Part shown: positions 18,122 to 26,649 of the stretch, piece by piece
Numbering within the stretch: the stretch's first letter is position 1
How the letters are laid out: every line of letters starts with the position of its first letter
Assembly: GCA_041650515.1 (NCBI GenBank)
Contig: JBAZLA010000003.1
Coordinates: 30,819-94,818, forward strand
DNA from: Patescibacteria group bacterium
Lineage (GTDB): Bacteria > Patescibacteriota > Patescibacteriia > JACRDY01
Length of the DNA: 64,000 nucleotides
Direction: 5' to 3'
Notes under the pieces: generated by a model
What the model was told of the DNA's origin: nothing
The model's input: only the letters and a program-made list of their open reading frames with translations
Database searches by the model: none
Made by a program: the position numbers and the translations under genes

Positions 18122-19570
18122 TTATAGGTTTAGTTTTTCGGCTTCTTGGCCTAAGATAATTACAATATCGCCTTTAGCCACAGTCGTCAACCAGCTAGGA
18201 ATTTGGCTGGAGACGTTAGCTTCTAGTTTATCGATAATAAACTCCATGGTTTTGGGGAACTGGCCGGAGCTTAAATCATAGACGACACTTTTTTCATAAT
18301 CACGAAAAGGTGCGTTACCGATACTCGGGACGTCATAACCCAGTGATATTAAGTAGTTTTGGCTTTTGGCCGCCAGGCCGGTAATCATCGTACCGTTACG
18401 GACTTCGATTTTGGCGTTTTCCTTTTTGATTATCTTTTCCTCTTCTTTAATCTGTTTAGTTTCTTCCGCAGCTTGTTTCTGACTGTCGGCTGTCGTTGGT
18501 TGACCGAAGATATTTTTAACCAATTCTCTAACGCTATCAAAATTGCCACCCTTGGGTTGGAGTAAGAAGGCACCGTCTTCGCCGATTAAAACTTCTAAGA
18601 GGCCGTTTGGTCCGTCGGTTAACCCGGCGTTAGTAATATTATCTTGAGTTAGACCCTGGCCCAATTGAGCTAGTTTTAGCATCTGGCCGATTTCTAGGTT
18701 AGTGGAGATATGTTCATTAAATTGGTCAATTAAACCTTTGATGGCAATTGGATTAAGTAGCGTGTTTAGAGAGAATATTTTGTCTTTGACTGCCATAATA
18801 ACCTTACGTTGCCGTTCACCACGGGCAAAATCAGAACCCTCGCCATTATTGCCGTGTCGGGAGCGAACAAATTTAAGAGCGGTGTCACCGTCCATTTTTT
18901 GGCAACCCTGTTCGAAGGAGACTGTTTGATATAAATAATTAGCGGCTGGGTATTCCTGATCGGTAAAGCCATTATCAACGCAGACCTTGATTCCGCCTAG
19001 TTGATTAATAAAGTCGGAAAAGCCGGTAAAATCGGCTCGAACATAATAGTGGATTGGAATTTGGAGAACCTGCTCGATAGTGTCTTTAGCGAATTTTCCC
19101 CCCGAGCCGGCTTCTTGGCTCTCGCCGTAAGAGTTAATTGAATTGATGCGTTGCCAACCATGACCAGGAATGGGCACCACCATATCGCGGGGAATAGAGA
19201 TCAAAGCCACTTTTTTAGTTGATGGTTGAAAACTAGCCAAAATTATCGTGTCGGTTAAGTAAGGGCCATCATGGCCTGGTCCGCCCATACCCAAGAGGAG
19301 GAAATTGATCCGATCATCTTGTTCGCCGGCTAAGGTTTTGTCCTTACTAATTAGTAGATGCTTGATTTGGGTCCAGATGCCGACGTTGTCATTGCCATTA
19401 TCCTTAGTGGAAAAGACGTTTTGAAGGCCAAGTGACGACCCAATGATAATTAAAAAAACTACCAGGTAGAAGATAATCTTTTTAACCCGGGTTTTGGGCA
19501 CTTGGTTGATGATTTTTTCCTTATTGAGCTCGTCTTTAATTTTGGAGAGGTCAATTTTCAGGTCAGTCAT
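18122..19570 (-). CDS. LytR-CpsA-Psr (LCP) family cell-envelope phosphotransferase
   Basis: N-terminal TM, then FLLLGMGGPGHDGPYLTDTIILASF...ISIPRDMVVPI, the LCP core. Confidence 0.8.
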   Translation of the reverse strand: MTDLKIDLSKIKDELNKEKIINQVPKTRVKKIIFYLVVFLIIIGSSLGLQNVFSTKDNGNDNVGIWTQIKHLLISKDKTLAGEQDDRINFLLLGMGGPGHDGPYLTDTIILASFQPSTKKVALISIPRDMVVPIPGHGWQRINSINSYGESQEAGSGGKFAKDTIEQVLQIPIHYYVRADFTGFSDFINQLGGIKVCVDNGFTDQEYPAANYLYQTVSFEQGCQKMDGDTALKFVRSRHGNNGEGSDFARGERQRKVIMAVKDKIFSLNTLLNPIAIKGLIDQFNEHISTNLEIGQMLKLAQLGQGLTQDNITNAGLTDGPNGLLEVLIGEDGAFLLQPKGGNFDSVRELVKNIFGQPTTADSQKQAAEETKQIKEEEKIIKKENAKIEVRNGTMITGLAAKSQNYLISLGYDVPSIGNAPFRDYEKSVVYDLSSGQFPKTMEFIIDKLEANVSSQIPSWLTTVAKGDIVIILGQEAEKLNL

Positions 19571-19730
19571 GGGTCTATTATATAGAAAAAATATAAAAAT
19601 GCCAAGAACGGGCTGTGAGAATCTAACCTATCCACAGCCTTTGAGGGTTGTTGGTGGTTTTTAATAAAAAACGACTCTAAAAAAAGCCCTTATTTTAGCC
19701 CCAAAATGATAAATTTGCTAAAAATTTGAC

Positions 19731-19778
19731 AGCACTATATCTAGTGCTATACTGAAAATGTGGATACTATATATTGGG
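19731..19778 (+). promoter_or_regulatory. Two candidate NrdR boxes about 32 bp apart upstream of nrdR-nrdD-nrdG
   Basis: Box 1 GCACTATATCTAGTGC (19731-19746) is a near-perfect palindrome. Box 2 ATACTATATATTGGGT (19763-19778) matches acaCwAtATaTwGtgt. Centre-to-centre spacing is about 32 bp. Confidence 0.5.
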
Positions 19779-19891
19779 TTATTTAGATAATTGGCAATTT
19801 AAATAAGGTACTCGAAATAAGCCTTTTTTATTATCACTTTATAGAGGTAGGATTAAAGGTGCTTATTTAGGGCTTATATCCATGTTTTCTT

Positions 19892-20356
19892 ATGAAATGT
19901 CCGGCTTGTTATCACGATGAAACCAAAGTAGTTGATTCGCGAGTTGGTGCTGACGAAATTTCTATCCGTCGTCGCCGCGAGTGTCTCAAATGTGGCTTTC
20001 GGTTTTCCACCCATGAAGAGGTAGAAATTTTGGACCTGACAGTAGTTAAGCGTAATGGTCATAAAGAGTCTTATGCTCGGGAAAAGTTGGAAGCTGGTTT
20101 AAAAAAAGCGCTAGAGAAGCGGCCGATCACTAAAGATAATTTTTACAAATTAATCAATAATATCGAGCGCGACATTCAAGTTACCGCCAAAAGTAACGAA
20201 ATCACCAGCTCAGAGATTGGAGAGATTGTCATGCGGCGGCTCAAGAAGGTGGATAAGGTGTCTTATATCCGGTTTGCCTCAGTCTACCAATCATTTAAAG
20301 ATGCCCAAACTTTTGAACGCGAATTACGTAAGTTATTAAGTAAAAACAGGTCATAA
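19892..20356 (+). CDS. nrdR: Transcriptional repressor NrdR (zinc ribbon plus ATP-cone)
   Basis: MKCPACYHDETKVVDSRV...RRRECLKCGFRFSTHE is the canonical NrdR N-terminus. Confidence 0.85.
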   Translation: MKCPACYHDETKVVDSRVGADEISIRRRRECLKCGFRFSTHEEVEILDLTVVKRNGHKESYAREKLEAGLKKALEKRPITKDNFYKLINNIERDIQVTAKSNEITSSEIGEIVMRRLKKVDKVSYIRFASVYQSFKDAQTFERELRKLLSKNRS

Positions 20357-20389
20357 TCAGATAATTTAAATATTAAGATAATTAACAGC

Positions 20390-22492
20390 ATGAGCGCTGC
20401 TTACCAAAAGAACAAAATTAGCCAAATTCGTAAACGTAATGATCAGATTGCTCCCTTTGATGAACAAAAGATTACCACCGCCATTCTTCGAGCGATGGAG
20501 GTTACTGGCGAGGGTAATCCAAAGCTAGCCGAAAAGATTGCCGATCAGGTGGTGGAAGTTTTGAACAAAAAATTTCATGAGCGCTCAATCCCAGCGGTTG
20601 AAGAGATCCAGGATATTGTTGAAGAACATTTGATTAAGAATCGGGTGATTAAAACGGCTAAGGCTTATATCATTTACCGTGACCAACATGCTAAGATCCG
20701 TAATCTGCAGGCGATGATTGACTCTGATTCTTTGGTCGAAGGCTATTTACAACAGGTTGATTGGCGAGTTAAGGAGAATAGTAATATGAGTTATTCTTTG
20801 CAGGGTTTGAATAATCATGTCGCTTCGGCGGTTTCGGCTCATTATTGGCTTAATAAAGTTTATCCGCAGGAGATTCGCGATGCTCATACCAATGCTGATT
20901 TACATTTGCATGATTTACAGATTTTGGCTGCTTATTGTTGTGGTTGGGATCTTAATGATATTTTATTGCGTGGTTTTGGGGGCGTCAGCGGTAAAGTTGA
21001 AAGTCGAGCGCCACATCATTTTCGAACGGCTTTAGGTCAGCTCGTTAACTTTTTTTACACTCTTCAGGGCGAAACGGCTGGGGCTCAGGCGGTTGCTAAT
21101 TTTGATACCTTATTAGCGCCGTTTATTCGTTATGATGGTTTAGACTATCGGGCAACCAAGCAATGTTTGCAAGAGTTTTTATTCAATATGAATGTTCCCA
21201 CTCGGGTTGGGTTTCAGACGCCCTTTACTAATGTTACCCTAGATTTAACCGTTCCTTCTTATTATATTGATCAGCCAGCGATCATCGGTGGCGTGCCACA
21301 AAAAGAAAAATATGGAGAGTTTCAGGCCGAAATGGATCTGTTTAATAAGGCTTTTGCCGAAGTGATGATTGAGGGCGACGCTAAGGGACGGGTATTCACT
21401 TTTCCTATTCCCACCTACAATATTTCCAAAGATTTTAATTGGGATAATCCAGTTTTAGACCTAGTTTGGGAGATGACCGCCAAATATGGCATTCCGTATT
21501 TTGCCAATTTTGTTAATTCGGACATGAAGCCCGACGATGCCCGGTCAATGTGCTGTCGGTTGCGGCTAGATAACCGTGAGCTACGCAAACGTGGTGGCGG
21601 TTTATTTGCCGCTAATCCGTTAACCGGTAGTATTGGGGTGGTAACGATTAATTTGGCCCGCGTTGGTTATCTAGCTAAAGGTAAAAGTGTCGTTGAGCTC
21701 AAAACGCGTTTAGCCGAAGTAATGGATTTGGCCCGTCGCAGTCTTGATATTAAGCGGAAGGTTTTGGAAAGTTTTACTGATGGTGGCCTTTACCCATATT
21801 CCAAACATTATTTAGAGTCGGTTAAACAACGCTTTGGTGAATATTGGAAAAATCATTTTAATACTATCGGCATCAATGGTATGAATGAATTGCTACTTAA
21901 CTATTTAGGGGCTAATAAGAGTATTGCCAGCTCCGAGGGTCATGCTTTGGCCGTTGAATTGATGGATTTTATGCGCGATAAGACTGGGGAATATCAGGCT
22001 GAATCTAATAATTTATTTAATCTAGAAGCGACGCCGGCCGAAGGGGTGACTTACCGATTCGCTAAGCATGACAAAGAAAAATATCCGGATCTACTTGTGG
22101 CTAATGAAAAAGCCTACCAAGAGCAGGGAGCTGATCCTTATTACACTAATTCGACGCACTTGCCGGTTAATTATACCGATGATATTTTCGAGGCGCTTGA
22201 TTTACAAGATGATTTGCAGACTCGCTATACTGGTGGTACGGTGTTGCATGGTTTTATTGGTGAAAAATTGCCATCAGTGCAGGCAACAAAAGAGTTGGTC
22301 AAAAAGATCGCCTATAATTATCATCTGCCCTATTATACCATCACACCAACTTTCTCAGTCTGCCCCAAACATGGTTATTTAGCTGGTGAGCATCTTTTTT
22401 GCCCCAAATGTGACGAAGAGATCGGTTATTTAGAAAGTGTTGATAATAAAGAAAACTTACCGATCGAATCGTTGAATCCAATTATTAATTAA
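20390..22492 (+). CDS. nrdD: Anaerobic ribonucleoside-triphosphate reductase NrdD, main body without the glycyl-radical tail
   Basis: N-terminal ATP-cone, active-site CCRLRLD, C-terminal Zn site CPKHG...CPKCDEE. The ORF stops before any RxxGY glycyl-radical motif. Confidence 0.85.
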   Translation: MSAAYQKNKISQIRKRNDQIAPFDEQKITTAILRAMEVTGEGNPKLAEKIADQVVEVLNKKFHERSIPAVEEIQDIVEEHLIKNRVIKTAKAYIIYRDQHAKIRNLQAMIDSDSLVEGYLQQVDWRVKENSNMSYSLQGLNNHVASAVSAHYWLNKVYPQEIRDAHTNADLHLHDLQILAAYCCGWDLNDILLRGFGGVSGKVESRAPHHFRTALGQLVNFFYTLQGETAGAQAVANFDTLLAPFIRYDGLDYRATKQCLQEFLFNMNVPTRVGFQTPFTNVTLDLTVPSYYIDQPAIIGGVPQKEKYGEFQAEMDLFNKAFAEVMIEGDAKGRVFTFPIPTYNISKDFNWDNPVLDLVWEMTAKYGIPYFANFVNSDMKPDDARSMCCRLRLDNRELRKRGGGLFAANPLTGSIGVVTINLARVGYLAKGKSVVELKTRLAEVMDLARRSLDIKRKVLESFTDGGLYPYSKHYLESVKQRFGEYWKNHFNTIGINGMNELLLNYLGANKSIASSEGHALAVELMDFMRDKTGEYQAESNNLFNLEATPAEGVTYRFAKHDKEKYPDLLVANEKAYQEQGADPYYTNSTHLPVNYTDDIFEALDLQDDLQTRYTGGTVLHGFIGEKLPSVQATKELVKKIAYNYHLPYYTITPTFSVCPKHGYLAGEHLFCPKCDEEIGYLESVDNKENLPIESLNPIIN

Positions 22493-22653
22493 TGATTAAC
22501 AAATATATGGCCGCCAACAAATTACAACGCCAACCTTGCGAGGTTTATTCCCGAATTGTGGGCTATTTGCGCCCGGTTCAACAGTGGAATAAAGGCAAAC
22601 AAGCCGAGTTTATCGACCGCAAAACCTATGATAAACAGCTTGGTGATGGTTGT
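22492..22653 (+). CDS. Separate 53-aa ORF encoding the NrdD glycyl-radical domain
   Basis: ATG overlaps the nrdD stop (TAATG), in frame +1 relative to nrdD. Translation MINKYMAANKLQRQPCEVYSRIVGYLRPVQQWNKGKQAEFIDRKTYDKQLGDGC carries the class III RNR glycyl-radical signature (SRIVGY..WNKGK..E..DR). Confidence 0.6.
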
Positions 22654-22694
22654 TAGTGAGATTTAAGATTTTAGACCACAGTTAATAACATAAA

Positions 22695-22716
22695 GAGCGG
22701 TTTGGCCGCTTTTTAT
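22695..22716 (+). terminator. Weak hairpin plus T-run between the NrdD tail ORF and nrdG
   Basis: agcgg-tttgg-ccgct followed by ttttat. Only a 5-bp stem. Confidence 0.3.
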
Positions 22717-22733
22717 ATCTCCATCAATATTAT

Positions 22734-23423
22734 ATGCAGATTGCTGGTTTACAAAAAACTTCACTAATCGATTTTCCAGACAAAGTCGCAGCGATTATTT
22801 TTACTCAAGGTTGCTGTTTTAACTGTGGCTTTTGTCATAATCCGGAACTAATTTCTTTGGTTGGTGAGCGGTTAATCCCGGAAAGGGAAATCTTAGAGTT
22901 TTTAGAAAAGCGAAAAAAGGTTATTGATGGCTTGGTGATCACTGGTGGCGAGCCGACCTTGCAGGCGGATCTAAAAGAATTTATTAAAAAGGTCAAAAAT
23001 TTAGGGTTAGAAGTTAAGTTAGATACTAATGGTGTTAATCCAAAAGTGCTAAAAGATTTATTAACAGCAGGGCTACTCGATTACATAGCCATGGATATTA
23101 AAGCACCGCTAGCTAAGTATGAAAAAGTGATTAATACTAAGGTGAAAGATCAGTTGATAAAAACCAGCATTGATCTAATTATGCATTCCGGGGTTGGTTA
23201 CGAATTTCGGAGCACAATCTTGCCGCGACTACATGCCGAAGAAGATATTGAGGCGATGGCCCAATTAATCAGCGGCGCTAAACGTTATTATCTGCAAAAA
23301 TTTTTAAATCAAGGTAAGCTACTAGACCCGACTTTTAATCAAGAAAAAGCTTTTACTGATAAAAAAATGGCGGAGTTGGCTACTATTTGTCAAAAATACG
23401 TTAAAGAGTGCGGAGTTCGGTAA
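22734..23423 (+). CDS. nrdG: Anaerobic ribonucleotide reductase activating protein (radical SAM)
   Basis: GCCFNCGFCHNP (CxxxCxxC) near the N-terminus. Position after nrdD. Confidence 0.8.
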   Translation: MQIAGLQKTSLIDFPDKVAAIIFTQGCCFNCGFCHNPELISLVGERLIPEREILEFLEKRKKVIDGLVITGGEPTLQADLKEFIKKVKNLGLEVKLDTNGVNPKVLKDLLTAGLLDYIAMDIKAPLAKYEKVINTKVKDQLIKTSIDLIMHSGVGYEFRSTILPRLHAEEDIEAMAQLISGAKRYYLQKFLNQGKLLDPTFNQEKAFTDKKMAELATICQKYVKECGVR

Positions 23424-23448
23424 TTTTTATTTTTTAGAATGTTTTTCT

Positions 23449-24087
23449 ATGATTTATCTAGTCGGCGGCCCACCAAGATGCGGCAAAACCACGTTAACCA
23501 AGATGATGTCTAAAAAATTCGGTATTTCTTGGATTTCTTCTGATACCTTAGAGGCGGTGTCCCGTGTTTATACCCCTAAGAAGCAATGGCCGAAGAAATA
23601 TCCTTATAGTTTTTTACGTCGGAAAAAGGGCGCGAGGAATAATGATGATTTTTATAGTACTTATTCCGCCGCGCAAATTATTAGTGCCCTAAATAGAGAG
23701 GCCAGGGCGGTCTATGAAGCAATTGATACGGTTATCGCTTGTGAGATAGCCGATGGAAAAGATTATATTATTGAGGGTTGTCAGCTCCTGCCAAGTTTTG
23801 TTAAACAGATGATTAATAAATACGGTCAGAAAAATGTCCGGGCTGTTTTTTTAACCAAACATGATGAGCAAAAATTTGCTCGGGATGTTCATAAGAGTAT
23901 AACTACAAACGATTGGTTATTAGTATTAACAAAAAAACCAGAAACGTTTGTTAAAGTAGGAAAAATGGTTTCTCGTTATAGTAAATATTTTGATCAAGAA
24001 ACCAAAAAATATGGTCTTAGAGCTATTAATGTTGATACTGATTTTTCGAATCAATTGGGTAAGGCTATAAGAAATTTAAGCAGATAA
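23449..24087 (+). CDS. P-loop NTPase/kinase-like hypothetical protein
   Basis: Walker A GGPPRCGKTTL at the N-terminus. No other recognisable motif. Confidence 0.45.
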   Translation: MIYLVGGPPRCGKTTLTKMMSKKFGISWISSDTLEAVSRVYTPKKQWPKKYPYSFLRRKKGARNNDDFYSTYSAAQIISALNREARAVYEAIDTVIACEIADGKDYIIEGCQLLPSFVKQMINKYGQKNVRAVFLTKHDEQKFARDVHKSITTNDWLLVLTKKPETFVKVGKMVSRYSKYFDQETKKYGLRAINVDTDFSNQLGKAIRNLSR

Positions 24088-24099
24088 TTTTATCCAAGT

Positions 24100-26319
24100 T
24101 TACTTTTGGAAATAGAAAATCCAAACTTGGCCGTTATCAATATTTTTATAACTATTAGCTTCAGCCATGGCTTGAGAAATTAATTTTTCCGAGTCAGTCC
24201 AGTATTTGTTTAAAACAAAATAACCTTGCTCTACGCCCAATAAATCCATTGCTTGTAGCATGGTTTTTTTGGTTGGCGCCTGGTAGACCATTTGGAGGTA
24301 ATATTGGTAGAGCCGACCAGAGGTGGGAATCGGATAATAAAATAATTCACCTTGGCTGGTTTGATAATATTTTTTAAAGCCGAATTCTTGTAGCGCCGCC
24401 GCGGCGACTGATTGGTTAGCCAAAACCAGATAATCACCGATGGTGTTTTCTTCAATATAACTAACTGCCTTAAGGTCAGCTGTTGAAACCGAAAATCCCC
24501 GATTAAAATAGTAAGGATCATGGTGGGGGTAGGAGACATAAAATGAGGCGGTAATAGCTAGGGTGAATAATAGAACAAAGAAACTTTTAGCCAGCCATTT
24601 TTGTTGTCTAACTTGCTCGATTAAGAAGTCAGCCGTAACGAAGACTAGGGGGATTAGAAAATAAAAGCTTAGGTTAAAGATACGATGAGGATAGTCTAGC
24701 CGTTCATAAAATATAACAGAATCAAAAGAGATAAATAGACGTAGACTGAGATAAACTAAGAGCAAGAGGCCAAAAAATAGTGGGTAAATAAATATTCTTT
24801 TATTTTTTTCTTCACGATAGTTTAAATATAGGCCAAAGCCGGCTAAGACAATAATTAGCCATTTAATATTTTGACCCAAAAGGTGAAAGAAATTAAGCAA
24901 AACAGTTGATTTTTCGGCCAGAATAGGCCAAGCCGGAGTGATTGTTTGTTGGATATTTTGCCAATTAAAATTCTGGACAGTTAGTGGGTTAGCAACATGG
25001 GGAGCTAAATATGATTGAAGCCAGAAAATCGCCGGTAATGAACAGACGGTAAATAATATTAACAGAGCAATAATTATTTTCTGATATTTAATCGGTTTAC
25101 ACCAATAAGAAAGTAAGGCGGTAAAAAGAAAAAGAGGAATGCCGCTGAGCGGGTGAATTAGAATAGTCGTCGCCGCCATAAAACCTAAGAGGTAGATAAA
25201 ATTAAAATTAATCTTTTTGGTGATCAAAAGCGGACTGGAAATAATGATTATCAGGGCAAGCAAATTAGCCAAGCTCTGCGGTGTTGTAACAATAAAATCA
25301 GTAAAGGGGATAATTAATAAAAATAGCGGCAAAAGATAATAATTAGTGGGTAATAAACTGGGGTTATTAATAATAATCAATTTAGGCTGGCTGATTTTTT
25401 TGTAGACCAGATAGATGATCGCCGGAATAAAAGTGGAGAAAAGCACTGGCACTAAAAATTTATCAATAATTTCAACAGAGATCTGGCTTAATCGGCTAAG
25501 AATGGTCACTAGCGAATATTGGCCGATATAATATAAAGTTTTGGGCGTGACTAGGCCGTTTTGATAAATTAATTTTTCGGTTGCCCGATGGATAAAAGGA
25601 TCAAAGCCATAACCAATTTTATAAATTATCACGGCGACAGTTAGAGTTAAAAAAAGGTGCAAGCGGCTAATTAGTAGATTAATTAGACGATATTTAGATA
25701 AAGCTAAAATTAAAATTACCACCAGGGTGATTAAAAAATAGATTATTAAAAAGCGGTTAGGCAGGGCATCCCAGAGGTTGCGTAGAGCCGCAGTTGAAGT
25801 GTGACTAAAAAGATAAACCCAACCAATGATAGTTAAAATAATAAAAGCGCTTAATAAACCCGAGAGCTTAAATTTTTCCAAAATAATTTGTTTTTTCTGA
25901 TAATGAAGTTGAAAGAAAAAATTCTTTATTCGCCAATAATAACCCAGTAATTTATTAGCTAAAATAAGAAATGAAGAAAGAGGAAGTTGATAAGTTGGTT
26001 TGGGGATATAACGGTTGATGGAGTAGATCAGCAGAGGAATTAGAATCAAGATTAAATAAACAATTGGCGCTGACAATTTATAAAGATAATAAGCGGCGGC
26101 GCCCAGAGAGGAGAATAGAGTCAAAACTAGTAAGGAGCCAGTTAGCAGTTGCAAGGCGGCGTTTTCGCGTTTAAAAATTCGTCGGCCCAAGAGGTAGCCG
26201 AACCAGATTAAATAGCCTAGGCCAAAAAACAAGCCCACTGCAAGGGAGTGCCCGGCGCTGTCGTTGTTAATAACCGTTAGTACTAAGAATAAGGAAATCA
26301 GGATTTTGAGATAATTCAT
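24100..26319 (-). CDS. Large polytopic membrane protein (about 16 TM), possibly a glycosyltransferase or polymerase of the envelope
   Basis: 739 aa dominated by hydrophobic helices with a C-terminal soluble domain. No confident motif. Confidence 0.5.
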   Translation of the reverse strand: MNYLKILISLFLVLTVINNDSAGHSLAVGLFFGLGYLIWFGYLLGRRIFKRENAALQLLTGSLLVLTLFSSLGAAAYYLYKLSAPIVYLILILIPLLIYSINRYIPKPTYQLPLSSFLILANKLLGYYWRIKNFFFQLHYQKKQIILEKFKLSGLLSAFIILTIIGWVYLFSHTSTAALRNLWDALPNRFLIIYFLITLVVILILALSKYRLINLLISRLHLFLTLTVAVIIYKIGYGFDPFIHRATEKLIYQNGLVTPKTLYYIGQYSLVTILSRLSQISVEIIDKFLVPVLFSTFIPAIIYLVYKKISQPKLIIINNPSLLPTNYYLLPLFLLIIPFTDFIVTTPQSLANLLALIIIISSPLLITKKINFNFIYLLGFMAATTILIHPLSGIPLFLFTALLSYWCKPIKYQKIIIALLILFTVCSLPAIFWLQSYLAPHVANPLTVQNFNWQNIQQTITPAWPILAEKSTVLLNFFHLLGQNIKWLIIVLAGFGLYLNYREEKNKRIFIYPLFFGLLLLVYLSLRLFISFDSVIFYERLDYPHRIFNLSFYFLIPLVFVTADFLIEQVRQQKWLAKSFFVLLFTLAITASFYVSYPHHDPYYFNRGFSVSTADLKAVSYIEENTIGDYLVLANQSVAAAALQEFGFKKYYQTSQGELFYYPIPTSGRLYQYYLQMVYQAPTKKTMLQAMDLLGVEQGYFVLNKYWTDSEKLISQAMAEANSYKNIDNGQVWIFYFQK

Positions 26320-26388
26320 GGGTATATTTTAGCACAAAATAGAGTAGTTGGCTTTTTAGAATAAATTCTGTGAGTTCTATTTAACGCC

Positions 26389-26446
26389 TGTCATCCCGAC
26401 CCCTTCACTGCGCTCAGGGTAAACTCGGAGTGGAAGGATCGGCTGG
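26389..26446. repeat. GC-rich palindromic intergenic element, family A (GTCATCCCGA...GGATCGGCTGG)
   Basis: tgtcatcccgaccccttcactgcgctcagggtaaactcggagtggaaggatcggctgg. Related copies lie at 26542-26596 (inverted) and 31788-31863. Confidence 0.55.
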
Positions 26447-26541
26447 TTTAATCAATAATACTAGCCAAATTTTCAAATTCTAGGTTCACGGATTTAATTA
26501 AACTTATTTTTTTCTCTCGACGCCAGTATATTATTGGGGTA

Positions 26542-26596
26542 CCCAGCCGATCCCTCGACTTCAGCCCGCCGAAGCGGGCTTCCGCTCGGGATGACA
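26542..26596. repeat. GC-rich palindromic intergenic element, family A, inverted copy
   Basis: Reverse complement gtcatcccgagcggaagcccgcttcggcgggctgaagtcgagggatcggctgg. Same termini as the 26389 copy, different internal hairpin. Confidence 0.55.
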
Positions 26597-26649
26597 ATTG
26601 GAGTAGCTTGGGGTATTTTTAGTTGCTTATTTGGCTTTAAATCGCTAAA

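Noticed and set aside
17355-18281. Antisense ORFs within der (17355-17717, 17940-18281) and within the LCP gene (18359-18565, 18702-18929, 18766-18978)
   Set aside because: They are opposite strong, motif-supported CDSs. No independent signals.
24231-24539. 102-aa ORF on the minus strand inside the 24100-26319 membrane protein gene
   Set aside because: Nested in a different frame of a long continuous membrane-protein CDS.
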